Shown here piece after piece: positions 1 through 9,270 of a stretch of 64,000 nt of DNA (positions are counted from its first letter, which is position 1; the number at the start of each line of letters is the position of its first letter). A program made the position numbers and the translations under genes. Below the pieces are notes generated by a model that saw only the letters and a program-made list of their open reading frames with translations, was not told the origin of the DNA and made no database searches. The DNA is from an uncultured Acidimicrobiales bacterium (GTDB lineage Bacteria > Actinomycetota > Acidimicrobiia > Acidimicrobiales > RAAP-2). The stretch spans positions 6,628 through 70,627 of the forward strand of contig CAWGQC010000002.1 of the NCBI GenBank assembly GCA_963824645.1, given 5' to 3'.

Positions 1-167
1 GTTGGCTGGCCGGCGTGTCCCAGGTGCTACCCGCCGCCGCCCTGGCCGACGCCCTCCACCATGCCCTGGGCTCGAGTACCCCGGTATCGGTTCACGATTG
101 GATCGTGCTCATCGTGTGGGCGGTGGTGGCTCCGACCCTGGCGGCCACTCTGTTCCGCTGGGAGTGA
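1..167 (+). CDS. 3' end of a membrane protein gene entering from upstream (possibly an ABC-2-type permease); partial
   Basis: Frame 3 is open from the window edge to TGA 165-167. It reads WLAGVSQVLPAAALADALHHALGSSTPVSVHDWIVLIVWAVVAPTLAATLFRWE*, with a hydrophobic terminal helix and GC-rich third positions. The family guess rests only on analogy with genes found beside ctaA/ctaB in actinobacteria. Confidence 0.3.
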   Translation, partial: WLAGVSQVLPAAALADALHHALGSSTPVSVHDWIVLIVWAVVAPTLAATLFRWE

Positions 168-209
168 AAGCTCGGTCCCGCGGCGGGTCCGGGTCGGAGG
201 CTCGGCCCG

Positions 210-1049
210 TCAGGAACCGAGCTGGCGGAGCCAGGACTGCAGCTCCGGCGGGGTGACGGCGCCGATCACATGGCCGACGACGCGACCATCGGCGCCGATG
301 AAGAAGGTGTTGGGCTCGCCGTTGAGCCCGTAGAGGCCGGAGGTGACCCGGAGGTCGGCGTCGTTGGCCACCGGGTAGGTGATGCCGGTGCGATGAACGA
401 AGGGTATGGCGTCCGACGGCTGATCGGCCACGTCCACCCCGATGAACTGGACACGGGAGCCTCTGGCCCGCTCGGCGTCCGCCGTCTTGGCCAGCAGCGG
501 CGTCTCCTTCTGGCACGGGCCGCACCACGAAGCGAAGAAGTTGAGGACCACCGGGTGGTGTATTCGGGCGCCCAGCGCGTACAGATCGACCGGCGTCCCA
601 CCGGTGAGCGACGGGAGGGTGAAGCGGGGCGCCTGGCTACCGATCGGGACGATGGCCCCCGGATCCGACGACGATCCCGAGGTGGTGCGGTTGGCCCCGG
701 TGCCCAAGCCGAAGAAGAGGAAAATGGCCAGCCCGATAGCGATGACGGTGCCGATAGCCAGGGCCCGTCCCCTGCGGGGGGGCGGCCGGCCGGCTGTCCC
801 GGGCGCGGCACCGCCACCGGGCGGCCCGGTTCCATCGGCTGATGGAAGGCCGACCGCTGCTGGTCCGCCGCCGGTTGGGGGTGGGCCGTCCGGATGGGGC
901 GTGCCTGGCGGCGGGGTGCCCGACGGCGGGCTGTCCGACGGTGGGGTGCCCTGGATCCCCGAGGGACCCGGTGCGGCCGCCGGTGAGGAGGAGGCGACGG
1001 TCGGATCGGCGGGCTCGGGGTCGACTGCGGTACCGGTGTCCGGTGACAT
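210..1049 (-). CDS. TlpA/ResA-like membrane-anchored thiol:disulfide oxidoreductase (thioredoxin fold)
   Basis: WCGPC active site (VVLNFFASWCGPCQKETPLL). One TM helix (AIGTVIAIGLAIFLFFGL) follows a Pro/Gly-rich N-terminal tail. Start set at ATG 1049 (MSPDTG), because the rest of ORF 210..1538 overlaps ctaB. Confidence 0.85.
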   Translation of the reverse strand: MSPDTGTAVDPEPADPTVASSSPAAAPGPSGIQGTPPSDSPPSGTPPPGTPHPDGPPPTGGGPAAVGLPSADGTGPPGGGAAPGTAGRPPPRRGRALAIGTVIAIGLAIFLFFGLGTGANRTTSGSSSDPGAIVPIGSQAPRFTLPSLTGGTPVDLYALGARIHHPVVLNFFASWCGPCQKETPLLAKTADAERARGSRVQFIGVDVADQPSDAIPFVHRTGITYPVANDADLRVTSGLYGLNGEPNTFFIGADGRVVGHVIGAVTPPELQSWLRQLGS

Positions 1050-1054
1050 CTCGA

Positions 1055-1960
1055 TCAATGCTTGACGAAGATGTCGATCGCCATGATCACGAACAGCAGC
1101 GTGAGGTAGGTGATCGAGTAGCTGAAGAGCTGCATGGCCGCTTTGGGCGTCTCGCGCCGCCAGAGGCGGAGAGCCAGGGCGATGAACACCATGCCGAGCA
1201 CAACGGCCGAGGCCAGGTAGAGCGGGCCGAGATGAGCCACCGCAGCCAGCACCAGTGACACGGCCACCAACAGCACGCTGTAGAGGATGATGCCCCGGGC
1301 GGTGCGCTTGAAGGTGGCGACGGCCGGCAGCATGGGCACGCTGGCCGCCTGGTAGTCGTCCTTGTACTTGAAGGCCAGCGCCCAGAAGTGGGGGGGCGTC
1401 CACACGAAGATGATGGCGAACAGCACGACGGGGGTCCACGACAGACTGTCGGTCACCGCCGCCCACCCGACCAGCACCGGGACGGCACCGGCGGCTCCGC
1501 CTATGACGATGTTCTGGCTGCTGGTGCGCTTGAGCCACAGCGTGTATACGAACACGTAGAAGAGGGTGGCCGAGATGGCCAGTGCCGCCGACAGGAGGTT
1601 GACCCAGGCCCAGAGCTCGGCGAAGGCCACCACCTCGAGGGTGAGGGCGAAGACCAGGGCGTTGCGGGGTGTCATGGCCCCGGTGACCAGCGGCCGGTTG
1701 CGGGTGCGGTGCATGAGCCGGTCGATGTCCCGGTCGACCACCATGTTGATGGCGTTGGCCCCGCCGGCGGCCAGGGCGCCGCCCAGAAGAGTGGCGAACA
1801 TCAGCCAGACCGGGGGGAGGCCCCGCTGGGCCACGATCATGGTGGGCAGGGTGGTGATGAGCAGGAGCTCGATGATCCGCGGTTTGGTGAGAGCCACGTA
1901 GGCACCGACCCGGGCGCCGACAGACCGGCGGGCAGCAGGAACCAACGCGGGAAGCGCCAT
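1055..1960 (-). CDS. ctaB: Protoheme IX farnesyltransferase (heme O synthase)
   Basis: UbiA-family polytopic protein: YVALTKPRIIELLLITTLPTM, NMVVDRDIDRLMHRTRNRPLVTG, WTPPHFWALAFKYKDDY. About 301 aa from ATG 1960 (MALPALV). Confidence 0.9.
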   Translation of the reverse strand: MALPALVPAARRSVGARVGAYVALTKPRIIELLLITTLPTMIVAQRGLPPVWLMFATLLGGALAAGGANAINMVVDRDIDRLMHRTRNRPLVTGAMTPRNALVFALTLEVVAFAELWAWVNLLSAALAISATLFYVFVYTLWLKRTSSQNIVIGGAAGAVPVLVGWAAVTDSLSWTPVVLFAIIFVWTPPHFWALAFKYKDDYQAASVPMLPAVATFKRTARGIILYSVLLVAVSLVLAAVAHLGPLYLASAVVLGMVFIALALRLWRRETPKAAMQLFSYSITYLTLLFVIMAIDIFVKH

Positions 1961-2077
1961 TGGCGAAACACTAGTGGCACCGCCGCAGGGGGTAACTTCG
2001 GACGCCGGCCGGGCGGCCGCCACCGCCACGCCGGCGCCAGGCAGTGGCGGCGATGGGGCCGGTACCATGGCTGGACG

Positions 2078-3112
2078 GTGTCTTCCCTGCATATCGGCCC
2101 TCGGCCGTTCCTTCACCTGGCTCGATTCACCCTGGCCATGGTGGTGCTCAACGTGATGACCGGAGCTGCCGTGCGCCTGTCTGACTCGGGCCTCGGGTGT
2201 CCCGACTGGCCCACCTGCTCGCAGCATCACCTGACCCCGCCGCTGCGCCTGCACCCCCTCATCGAGTTCGGCAACCGGTTGGTCGTCACTCTGCTGGTCA
2301 TCTCCTGTGCCGTGACCGTGGTGGCCTCGTTGCTCCGTCGACAGGCCCGGTCCGACTTGAGGTGGCTGGCCGGCGGTTTGATCCTCGGGGTGATCGGCGA
2401 GGCCGTGATCGGCGCATTCGTGGTGTATTCCAAGCTCAACGCCTATGTGGTGATGGTCCACTTCCTGGTGGGGATGGCTCTGCTGGCCGTGTCCGTGGTC
2501 CTGGTCCTGGAGGCCGGGCACCGCCCGGGGCGGGGCACTCTGGTGGTGACCCGGGGAGCGCTGAGAGTCAGCCGGGTCCTCGTCGCCCTCTTCGTGGTGG
2601 TGCTGGCCGCCGGGGCCGCCACTACCGGTACCGGTCCCCATGCCGGCGGAAAGGGCGCCAAGCGCATTCCCCTGGGGCTCGAGGACATGACCCGGATCCA
2701 TGCCGAAACGGTGCTGACCGCCGGTGCCGTCCTGCTGGTTCTCCTGTGGATGCTGTGGCGGACGGACGCCCCGGCTCACGTGCAGACCTCCGGCCGGGTC
2801 TTGTTGACCGTGGTCGTCGTGCAGGGGATCATCGGCTACACCCAGTTCTTCACCCACCTGCCGGCCGTGCTGGTGGCCATCCACGTCCTGGGGGCATCGG
2901 TCGTGTGGTCGACCGTTCTGTGGTTCCATCACGGGCTCTCCGACCACCTGGCCGAAGTGGGACCGACCCTGGGGTCGGAAGGGGGTGCCGACCCGGGTCG
3001 GCATCTGGTCGGGCCGAGCTCGGGCGCTCCGGGGAGTCCGGGGAGTCCGAGGACCCAGGGGAGCCAGGGGACTCCAATCGGAACGGGGCCCACCGTCAGG
3101 GAGTCGGTGTGA
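2078..3112 (+). CDS. ctaA: Heme A synthase (COX15/CtaA family)
   Basis: [15 protein letters not shown] Cys pair and multiple TM helices with conserved His (MVHFLVG, AIHVLGA). Divergent from ctaB. The start is uncertain (GTG 2078 or ATG 2138). Confidence 0.85.
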   Translation: MSSLHIGPRPFLHLARFTLAMVVLNVMTGAAVRLSDSGLGCPDWPTCSQHHLTPPLRLHPLIEFGNRLVVTLLVISCAVTVVASLLRRQARSDLRWLAGGLILGVIGEAVIGAFVVYSKLNAYVVMVHFLVGMALLAVSVVLVLEAGHRPGRGTLVVTRGALRVSRVLVALFVVVLAAGAATTGTGPHAGGKGAKRIPLGLEDMTRIHAETVLTAGAVLLVLLWMLWRTDAPAHVQTSGRVLLTVVVVQGIIGYTQFFTHLPAVLVAIHVLGASVVWSTVLWFHHGLSDHLAEVGPTLGSEGGADPGRHLVGPSSGAPGSPGSPRTQGSQGTPIGTGPTVRESV

Positions 3113-3129
3113 CAGCCCCGTCAGGTGGG

Positions 3130-3456
3130 ATGGTCCGGGCCGGACAGGCGGTCACCGTGCCGGCGGAGGTGCAAGAAGCCGACGTCGCCGAAAAGTCCGA
3201 TATCGAGGAGTCGAAGAGCACCGATCGACCATGGCTGGTCATCGTGTGGAACGACCCCATCAACCTCATGTCCTTCGTCACTTTCGTCTTCCAGAAGCTC
3301 TTCGGCTATTCGAAGGAGAAGGCCACCAAACTCATGCTCGACGTGCACTACAAGGGCAGAGCGGTGGTCTCGTCGGGTAGTCGTGAGCGGGCCGAACTCG
3401 ACGTCTACCGCCTGCACGAGCACGGGCTGTGGGCCACCATGGAACAGTCGACGTGA
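3130..3456 (+). CDS. clpS: ATP-dependent Clp protease adaptor ClpS
   Basis: [47 protein letters not shown] is a typical ClpS core. About 108 aa. Confidence 0.9.
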   Translation: MVRAGQAVTVPAEVQEADVAEKSDIEESKSTDRPWLVIVWNDPINLMSFVTFVFQKLFGYSKEKATKLMLDVHYKGRAVVSSGSRERAELDVYRLHEHGLWATMEQST

Positions 3457-3517
3457 TCATCGGGGCGGGAGTCGGTCGAGGTCGGCCGGTGGGTGGGGGT
3501 CGGTCGGCCGTGTACCC

Positions 3518-4015
3518 ATGCTGAACGGACCGATCCGGCGTCGGCGCGACGGTCGATTCGCCGTCACCCTCGATCCGGGGGTCCGGGCCCTGCTGGCCGC
3601 CATGGCCAAGGAGCTCTCACCCCTGCTTCGTCCCGGTGAGCCCATGAGCCGCCGCCTGTTCCCCCCCGCCTACACGGCCGGTGACCAACGCCGCTCGGAG
3701 GAGGAGTACCGCGGTCTGGTGGACAACGCTCTGATCAGCCACCATCGGGATGCCTTCGCGGTGACGGCGGCAACCGCCAACGCCGAGATCCTGGACGAAT
3801 CGGAGCTCAACGCCTGGCTCTCCGCCATCGGATCCATGCGCCTGGTCCTCGGTACCCGACTCGACGTCAGCGAGGACATGGACCCGCCCGAACCCGGAGA
3901 TCCGACGGCTCAGGAATACGCCCTCTACGAGCTGCTGGGGGAGCTCCAGTACGTCATCGTCGAGGTCCTGGCGGCCGAACTGCCGGACGAAGGCAGGCCG
4001 GAGGGAGATTTGTGA
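3518..4015 (+). CDS. DUF2017-like protein (conserved ClpS neighbour in actinobacteria)
   Basis: Acidic 165-aa product (…RRLFPPAYTAGDQRRSEEEYRGLV…LYELLGELQYVIVEVL…) immediately downstream of clpS. Assignment is by context and general resemblance. Confidence 0.65.
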   Translation: MLNGPIRRRRDGRFAVTLDPGVRALLAAMAKELSPLLRPGEPMSRRLFPPAYTAGDQRRSEEEYRGLVDNALISHHRDAFAVTAATANAEILDESELNAWLSAIGSMRLVLGTRLDVSEDMDPPEPGDPTAQEYALYELLGELQYVIVEVLAAELPDEGRPEGDL

Positions 4016-4053
4016 TCCCTCTGCTAATCTCCAAAAGCCCTGATCGGGTTGGA

Positions 4054-4126
4054 GCCCCCATCGTCTAGCGGCCCAGGACGCCGCCCTTTCAAGGCGGTAA
4101 CACGGGTTCGAATCCCGTTGGGGGTG
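4054..4126 (+). tRNA. tRNA-Glu (anticodon TTC)
   Basis: GCCCCCATCGTCTAGCGG…CCGCC-CTTTCAA-GGCGG…GGTTCGAATCCC…TGGGGGTG folds as a cloverleaf. The anticodon loop is CTTTCAA. Confidence 0.92.
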
Positions 4127-4155
4127 CCGTATGCCCCAGCGGGCACTCAATTTAG

Positions 4156-4233
4156 GGACCTGTGGTGCAGTTTGGAGTGCACGCCGGCCTGTCAAGCCGG
4201 AGGTCGCGGGTTCAAATCCCGTCAGGTCCGCCA
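4156..4233 (+). tRNA. tRNA-Asp (anticodon GTC)
   Basis: GGACCTGTGGTGCAG…CCGGC-CTGTCAA-GCCGG…GGGTTCAAATCCC…CAGGTCCGCCA. Encoded CCA end. Confidence 0.92.
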
Positions 4234-4252
4234 CCTCGGTTCGCCGAGGCGA

Positions 4253-4325
4253 GGTCGGGTAGCTCAGTTGGTAGAGCGCGCGCCTGAAAAGCGTGAGGTC
4301 ACCGGATCGACGCCGGTCCCGACCA
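4253..4325 (+). tRNA. tRNA-Phe (anticodon GAA)
   Basis: GGTCGGGTAGCTCAGTTGGTAGAGCG…CGCGC-CTGAAAA-GCGTG…GGATCGACGCC…CCCGACCA. Confidence 0.92.
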
Positions 4326-4449
4326 CCTAAGAGAGGCGTCCGCCAGCCCGGCCGCAGTCCTCGGGCCGGCCCGCCAGGACGAGGGAGCATCCTGCTCGGA
4401 CAGTGGGAGTGGGCCCGCCGGGCGATCCAGCCGGGCGGTCCTGGTCCGG

Positions 4450-5649
4450 TCAGTCCCCGATCGAGGCGTAGGCCCCCGTCAGCGCATCGCGGGCGATATC
4501 GGGGGGCCGGGGCGACGACCACGAGGCATTGGTGAAGAGCATGGTCACCATCTGCTCCGAAGGGTCGTTGCGCCAGATGGTCCCGAGGCCGCCGTCCCAG
4601 CCGTACTGGCCGATGGGAGCGGCCGGGTCATCGCGCCGGGTCACGACTCCGACGCCGAACCCCCACCCCCGGGCGTCGAAGTCATCAGGGAAGAAGCCGG
4701 ACACCGCCTTCTGCTCGGGCGTCAGATGGTCGGTGGTCATGGTCTCCACCGACGGACGACTGATGATCGGGGACCCACCCCGAATCAGCATGTCGGCGAA
4801 GGCCAGGAAGTCGGTAGCGGTCGAGACCAACCCGGCTCCGCCGGACGGGAAGGCCGGCGGCGCACTCCACTGGCCCCCAGGCTCGTCGAACAGCTCGAGG
4901 GTGCCGGTCACAGGGTCGGTGGCATAACCGGTGGCCAACCGGTCGATGTCGGACGCGGGTACGAAGAAGGCGGTGTCCCTCATACCCAGCGGTTCGAAGA
5001 TCCGCTCTCTCAGGAAGTCCTCGAAGGGCTGGCCCGAAGCCCGGGCGATGAGCACACCCAGAACGTCGGCCCCGGTGTGATAGAGCCAGCGCTCGCCGGG
5101 CTGGCACATGAGGGGCAGCGTTGACAGACGACGCATCCACTCGTCGGGCTCCGGGGGGAGCGCCGGCTGCGGGGGACCCATCCCGATCTGGAGCGGGGCA
5201 GCGGCATCACTGACCGGACACGGCCCGAAGTGGGCGCCGAAACCCATCCGGAAGGTGAGCAGGTCCCGCACCGTGATGGAGCGGTGGGCGGGCACGGTGT
5301 CGTCGATAGGTGCGTCGATCTGACGGACCACCTGCCGATCGGCCAGCTCGGGAAGAAACCGCTCGACGGGTTCATCCAGCCTCAGAACACATTCCTCGAG
5401 AAGGACCAGCGTGGCCACGGCGGTGACCGGCTTGGTCATCGACGAGATGCGGAAGAGGGTGTCGGCTTGCATCTGGGCGCCGTCGTCGAACGCAGTGCGC
5501 CCGATGGCGTCGACGTGGGCGTTACCCCGGCGACTGACCACAGTGACCGCACCCGGCGTCGCGCCCCGGTCGACGTAGCCGGCTGTCACGTCATGGAGAT
5601 GGGCGAGACCTCTTCGGGTCAGCCCCGATCCGGCCATCGATCCGGTCAT
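4450..5649 (-). CDS. Serine hydrolase of the beta-lactamase (class C / EstB-like) family
   Basis: SxxK motif in LFRISSMTKPVTAVATLVLLEE. About 399 aa from ATG 5649 (MTGSMAGSG). The rest of ORF 4450..6183 is Arg/Pro-rich and non-coding-like. Confidence 0.85.
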   Translation of the reverse strand: MTGSMAGSGLTRRGLAHLHDVTAGYVDRGATPGAVTVVSRRGNAHVDAIGRTAFDDGAQMQADTLFRISSMTKPVTAVATLVLLEECVLRLDEPVERFLPELADRQVVRQIDAPIDDTVPAHRSITVRDLLTFRMGFGAHFGPCPVSDAAAPLQIGMGPPQPALPPEPDEWMRRLSTLPLMCQPGERWLYHTGADVLGVLIARASGQPFEDFLRERIFEPLGMRDTAFFVPASDIDRLATGYATDPVTGTLELFDEPGGQWSAPPAFPSGGAGLVSTATDFLAFADMLIRGGSPIISRPSVETMTTDHLTPEQKAVSGFFPDDFDARGWGFGVGVVTRRDDPAAPIGQYGWDGGLGTIWRNDPSEQMVTMLFTNASWSSPRPPDIARDALTGAYASIGD

Positions 5650-5956
5650 CGGGAAGGCCCGCCCGGCCAGCGTTCGGTACTGCTGACCACGGACAACATC
5701 ACGACAGGATGACGTCCGGCCGGCGGGACCGCAACCGGGGCCCGGCTCCGGCCCACCGGGAACCCCACCCGTCGCCACCTGTAGCCCGGCCCGCAGGCCG
5801 GCCCACAGCCCGGGACAGCCCGGGATCGATGGCCCACCCCTTTGGTCCGAAGGTTTGGTCCGAGAGCCCGGGCTGGCGATCGCCGGGTCTGGTCCGGACG
5901 GCCGAACGGCGGAGCCGCCCCTTCCCCGTCGCCGCGCCGACCGGCACACTGGTGGA

Positions 5957-6862
5957 ATGCAGGAATCGGGGGGTCTGCCCATGCCCACCGCTCTGATGGA
6001 CAACCGGGTCCGCAGTGAGGATGACGGGGCCAAGTGGGAGGCGTGGTTGGCGGGGCTCCCGGGTGCGGTGAGATACGCCGCGGCACACTGGAACCTGCGC
6101 ATCGGCACGCCCTTCCAACCGGGCGGCCGCACCTCGTGGGTGGCTCCGGCCCGCACCGTCGCGGGGCGCCCGGTGGTCGTCAAGGTGACCTGGCCTCATT
6201 TTGAGGCCGCCCACGAGGCGGAGGGACTACGGCTCTGGGGCGGCCGGGGCACGGTGGAACTCCTAGACGCTCTCACCCACGACGACTCCGGCAGCCCTCT
6301 ACTTCTTCTGGAGGCGTGCACACCGGGGGTCCCGCTGACGGCCCTCCCCGAAGACGAACAAGACGTGGTGATTGCCGGGCTTCTCCGGCGGCTGTGGGTG
6401 ACCCCGCCGATCGGTCACCCACTCCGACCCCTCCAGACCATGTGCGAAGCATGGGCCGCCGCGTTCGACGAGCGGGAACGTCGTCGCCGACAGGCCTCGG
6501 CCGACGGCGGGCTGCTCCGACAGGGGATCAAGCAGCTGCGACTGCTGTCGGCTGACACCGACGCCAACGTCGTCCTGTGCACCGACCTGCACGCCGGCAA
6601 CGTCCTGTCGTCGACCCGCGAGCCTTGGCTGGTCATCGACCCCAAGCCCTACGTGGGTGATCCGGCCTACGACATCATCCAGCACCTGCTCAACTGCCCG
6701 GCACGGCTCCGCATCGACCCGCGCGGCCTCGTGGAGCGAATGGCCGGTCTGTCCGGCCTCGACGATGACCGGGTGCTGCGCTGGTTGTTCGCCCGCTGCG
6801 TTCAGGAGTCGCATCAGTGGCCCGACCTGCTCGATGTGGCCCGTACGGTCGACCCCGGGTGA
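5957..6862 (+). CDS. Aminoglycoside/streptomycin 6-phosphotransferase-like kinase (APH(6) family)
   Basis: Kinase motifs VLCTDLHAGNVL and WLVIDPKPYVGDPAYD. The overall layout resembles StrA/StrB-type APH(6). Start is ATG 5957 or 5981. Confidence 0.75.
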   Translation: MQESGGLPMPTALMDNRVRSEDDGAKWEAWLAGLPGAVRYAAAHWNLRIGTPFQPGGRTSWVAPARTVAGRPVVVKVTWPHFEAAHEAEGLRLWGGRGTVELLDALTHDDSGSPLLLLEACTPGVPLTALPEDEQDVVIAGLLRRLWVTPPIGHPLRPLQTMCEAWAAAFDERERRRRQASADGGLLRQGIKQLRLLSADTDANVVLCTDLHAGNVLSSTREPWLVIDPKPYVGDPAYDIIQHLLNCPARLRIDPRGLVERMAGLSGLDDDRVLRWLFARCVQESHQWPDLLDVARTVDPG

Positions 6863-7002
6863 GCCCGCCGTCGATTCGGGACCGAAAGCTTCAGGGGTTG
6901 CGTTCCGTTGACTGACGTCTCTGTTGCGTTTAGTTACGGATGAGTCCCCGGCTGAGTCCCCGTTTCGTTCCGGATTCGACGGGTTCACCGTTTTGCTCCG
7001 GC

Positions 7003-7737
7003 TTACCGGGTCTCGCCTCCACCCGGGAGACCGAACACCGACGCCAACGACTGGCTGGTCAGCTCACCGAGACGGCTGATCACAGGACCGCTCCACTCGC
7101 TCTCCGGGTCGTAGACGAGAGCGGCGACAGCGTCGTCGGCCACCAGCCGGACGGCGGGGATTCCGAGGGAACGGGCACCCGTCAGCTCGTTGCTCCCCCC
7201 ATCGCCCACATAGACGACTCCCTGAAGCGGGACCCCCAGCTGGGCACAGACGGCCAGATACAGGGACGGATGAGGCTTGCGCTCCCCGACGACCACCGAA
7301 AACACGGTGGCGTCCACCCACGGCGCCACCGCCAGATCGGGCCACATCTCGGGGAGCTCGTGCGTGCAGTCGCTGATAACGCCGATCCGCAGTCCCCGGT
7401 CACGCAGTAGACGCAGCGTGATCACGGCGTCGGGACGTGTCTCGCGGGCGTAGGTCGCTTCCACTGCACGCCGGACGGTGCAGGCGGCATCGAGTTGCGG
7501 ACCTGACGGCCGACTGCCACATCGTTCGGCCACCCAGGCCATGGTTTGGCGCATGTCGCCGGCCCGACCGGTCGAACGCTCCGTGAAGGTCGATGTCACG
7601 GTGCTGAAGTACCGGTTCGGGTCCACGCCCAGGGCGACAGCCACCCTCTCGGCCCCGGCGCGACGGGTGGCGGCGTCTGTCGCCACGGTGAGGGTCCCGA
7701 AGTAGTCGAAGATGACCGCCCTCACATTCACCGGCAT
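7003..7737 (-). CDS. HAD-superfamily hydrolase
   Basis: Motif I AVIFDYFGTLT, motif III-IV ERKPHP…YVGDGGSNELTGA. 244 aa from ATG 7737. Confidence 0.8.
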   Translation of the reverse strand: MPVNVRAVIFDYFGTLTVATDAATRRAGAERVAVALGVDPNRYFSTVTSTFTERSTGRAGDMRQTMAWVAERCGSRPSGPQLDAACTVRRAVEATYARETRPDAVITLRLLRDRGLRIGVISDCTHELPEMWPDLAVAPWVDATVFSVVVGERKPHPSLYLAVCAQLGVPLQGVVYVGDGGSNELTGARSLGIPAVRLVADDAVAALVYDPESEWSGPVISRLGELTSQSLASVFGLPGGGETR

Positions 7738-7905
7738 GTCCTCCCTTGACCCAGACCTGAACCCTCCGGCCAGGCTGTCACTCCCAGCTGTCACTCCCCT
7801 CCCCGCCCACGGTAACCAGCCGATTTGAGGGGCGGCCGAATTGGATCCGGAGGACCCGCCGGTCAGCCTCGGTCGGCCTGGGTCGACCTGGGTCGGTACA
7901 GGGTG

Positions 7906-7934
7906 TTGACATTCAGACTATTGCGATATATCGT
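7906..7934 (+). promoter_or_regulatory. Candidate sigma-70-type promoter for the padR-ferredoxin pair, with a 10-bp palindrome
   Basis: TTGACA (7906-7911), a 17-nt spacer, then TATCGT (7929-7934) in a locally AT-rich patch about 140 bp upstream of padR. The perfect palindrome CGATATATCG (7924-7933) overlaps the -10 and is a possible autoregulatory operator. Confidence 0.35.
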
Positions 7935-8071
7935 TATCGTACGAGAGTGATCGAGATAGGTGCCCATCGGGCGGCTCGAAGACCCGATCCGGAAGTTTCC
8001 AGGGTCCGCTCTCGACCGAGAGCCGTCGACCACCAACTGGCCGGCGCACCAATCGTCAAGGAGAAACCGAT

Positions 8072-8866
8072 ATGCAAGGACACAGAGATTCAGATCACTT
8101 TCGTCAGGAAAGACGCTTCGGACCCGGCTCTTCCGGGCGGGGCGGACGCTCCGGCGACCGCTTCGGCGGTGACCCTCGAGGCCGCAGTGGCGGTCGGGGG
8201 CGGGGCCGGGGTTCGCGGGACTCGGGGGGATTCGGCCGCCATGGCGGATTCGGGCCCGGGTTCGGCGGACCGATGTTCGGACGCGGCCCCAAGGTGGGAC
8301 GCGGTGACGTCCGGGCGGCCATCCTCGCCCTCCTGACCGAGGAGCCCATGCACGGCTACCAGATCATCACCGAGCTCACCGAACGCAGCCGCGGCGTGTG
8401 GCGTCCGAGCCCCGGGTCCGTCTACCCCACCCTCCAAGCCATGGAGGACCAGGGCCTGGTTACGGCCGACACCTCGGAAGGCCGGCGAGTGTTCCGGCTG
8501 ACCGATGAGGGTCGCGAGGTCGCCGCTGCGGCCGGCGACGGGCCCGCCCCGTGGGAGGACGCGGCCCGCGGTGCCGACCGATCGCTGGTCGACCTCAAGG
8601 GCCTGGCCTTCGAGGTAGGTGCCGCCATCATGCAGGTGGGCCAAGCCGGATCCGACGAACAGATCAGTAGCGTCGCCGACATCCTCCGTGAAACCCGACG
8701 CCGCATCTACCTGGTGCTGGCTGACGGGGCCGACAACGATCGGGCCAGCACCGGTGGCAGCACCGGTGGCAACACCGGTGGCAGCTCTGGTGGCCGCTCT
8801 GGTGCCAGCCCAGCTGGTGGTGGTGGCGGCCGGCAGGACACGTCCGAGGCCGTCACCGGACAGTGA
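8072..8866 (+). CDS. PadR-family transcriptional regulator with an Arg/Gly-rich N-terminal extension
   Basis: Winged-helix core AAILALLTEEPMHGYQIITELTERSRGVWRPSPGSVYPTLQAMEDQGLV. AGGAGA-type RBS (caaggagaaaccgatATG). About 75 aa of RGG/FG repeats precede the domain and a Gly/Ser tail follows it. Confidence 0.85.
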   Translation: MQGHRDSDHFRQERRFGPGSSGRGGRSGDRFGGDPRGRSGGRGRGRGSRDSGGFGRHGGFGPGFGGPMFGRGPKVGRGDVRAAILALLTEEPMHGYQIITELTERSRGVWRPSPGSVYPTLQAMEDQGLVTADTSEGRRVFRLTDEGREVAAAAGDGPAPWEDAARGADRSLVDLKGLAFEVGAAIMQVGQAGSDEQISSVADILRETRRRIYLVLADGADNDRASTGGSTGGNTGGSSGGRSGASPAGGGGGRQDTSEAVTGQ

Positions 8867-9207
8867 CCCCCAGCCGGGACAGCCTCGACAAGAAGCGCCG
8901 CGCCGCTGCCCATCCGGACCGCCCGGGTGTGCGGTGCTCGGCGCCACCGGGCACCTATCAGCCGGTCGTCGACCATGCCCGGTGCGAAGGCAAGCGGGAC
9001 TGTATCGAGGTGTGCCCGAACGACGTCTTCGAGGTGCGCCGCATCGACGACGACGATTTTCTGGCGCTCGGTCGCCTGTCCCGCATGAAGGTCCGGGCTC
9101 ACCGAATGGCCACGGCATACACCCCCAACGCCGACCAGTGCCGCGCCTGCGGGCTGTGCGTGGTGGCCTGTCCCGAGAAGGCCATCGTGCTGACCGAGAT
9201 CACTTGA
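8863..9207 (+). CDS. 4Fe-4S ferredoxin-domain protein
   Basis: Cys clusters CEGKRDCIEVCP and CRACGLCVVACP. The GTG start overlaps the padR stop (GTGA). Confidence 0.7.
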   Translation: MTPSRDSLDKKRRAAAHPDRPGVRCSAPPGTYQPVVDHARCEGKRDCIEVCPNDVFEVRRIDDDDFLALGRLSRMKVRAHRMATAYTPNADQCRACGLCVVACPEKAIVLTEIT

Positions 9208-9270
9208 TCCTGGCCTTCATGGGTGACCCACGCCCGTGGGCGACCTTCGCCAACGTGCCGCCGTCGGGAG

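Noticed and set aside
2-528. ORFs 2..256, 61..333 and 109..528 at the left edge
   Set aside because: All are Arg/Pro/Gly-rich frames overlapping the TlpA-like gene or the incoming membrane-protein frame. None has coding-like composition.
1055-3004. 649-aa version of the ctaB ORF and 574-aa version of the ctaA ORF (1388..3112)
   Set aside because: The long N-terminal extensions overlap each other on opposite strands and are His/Gly/Arg-rich. Homology to CtaB and CtaA begins at 1960 and about 2078 respectively.
4054-4325. tRNA cluster as an integration hotspot or genomic island boundary
   Set aside because: There is no integrase, no direct repeat of a tRNA 3' end, and no compositional shift in the flanking 3 kb.
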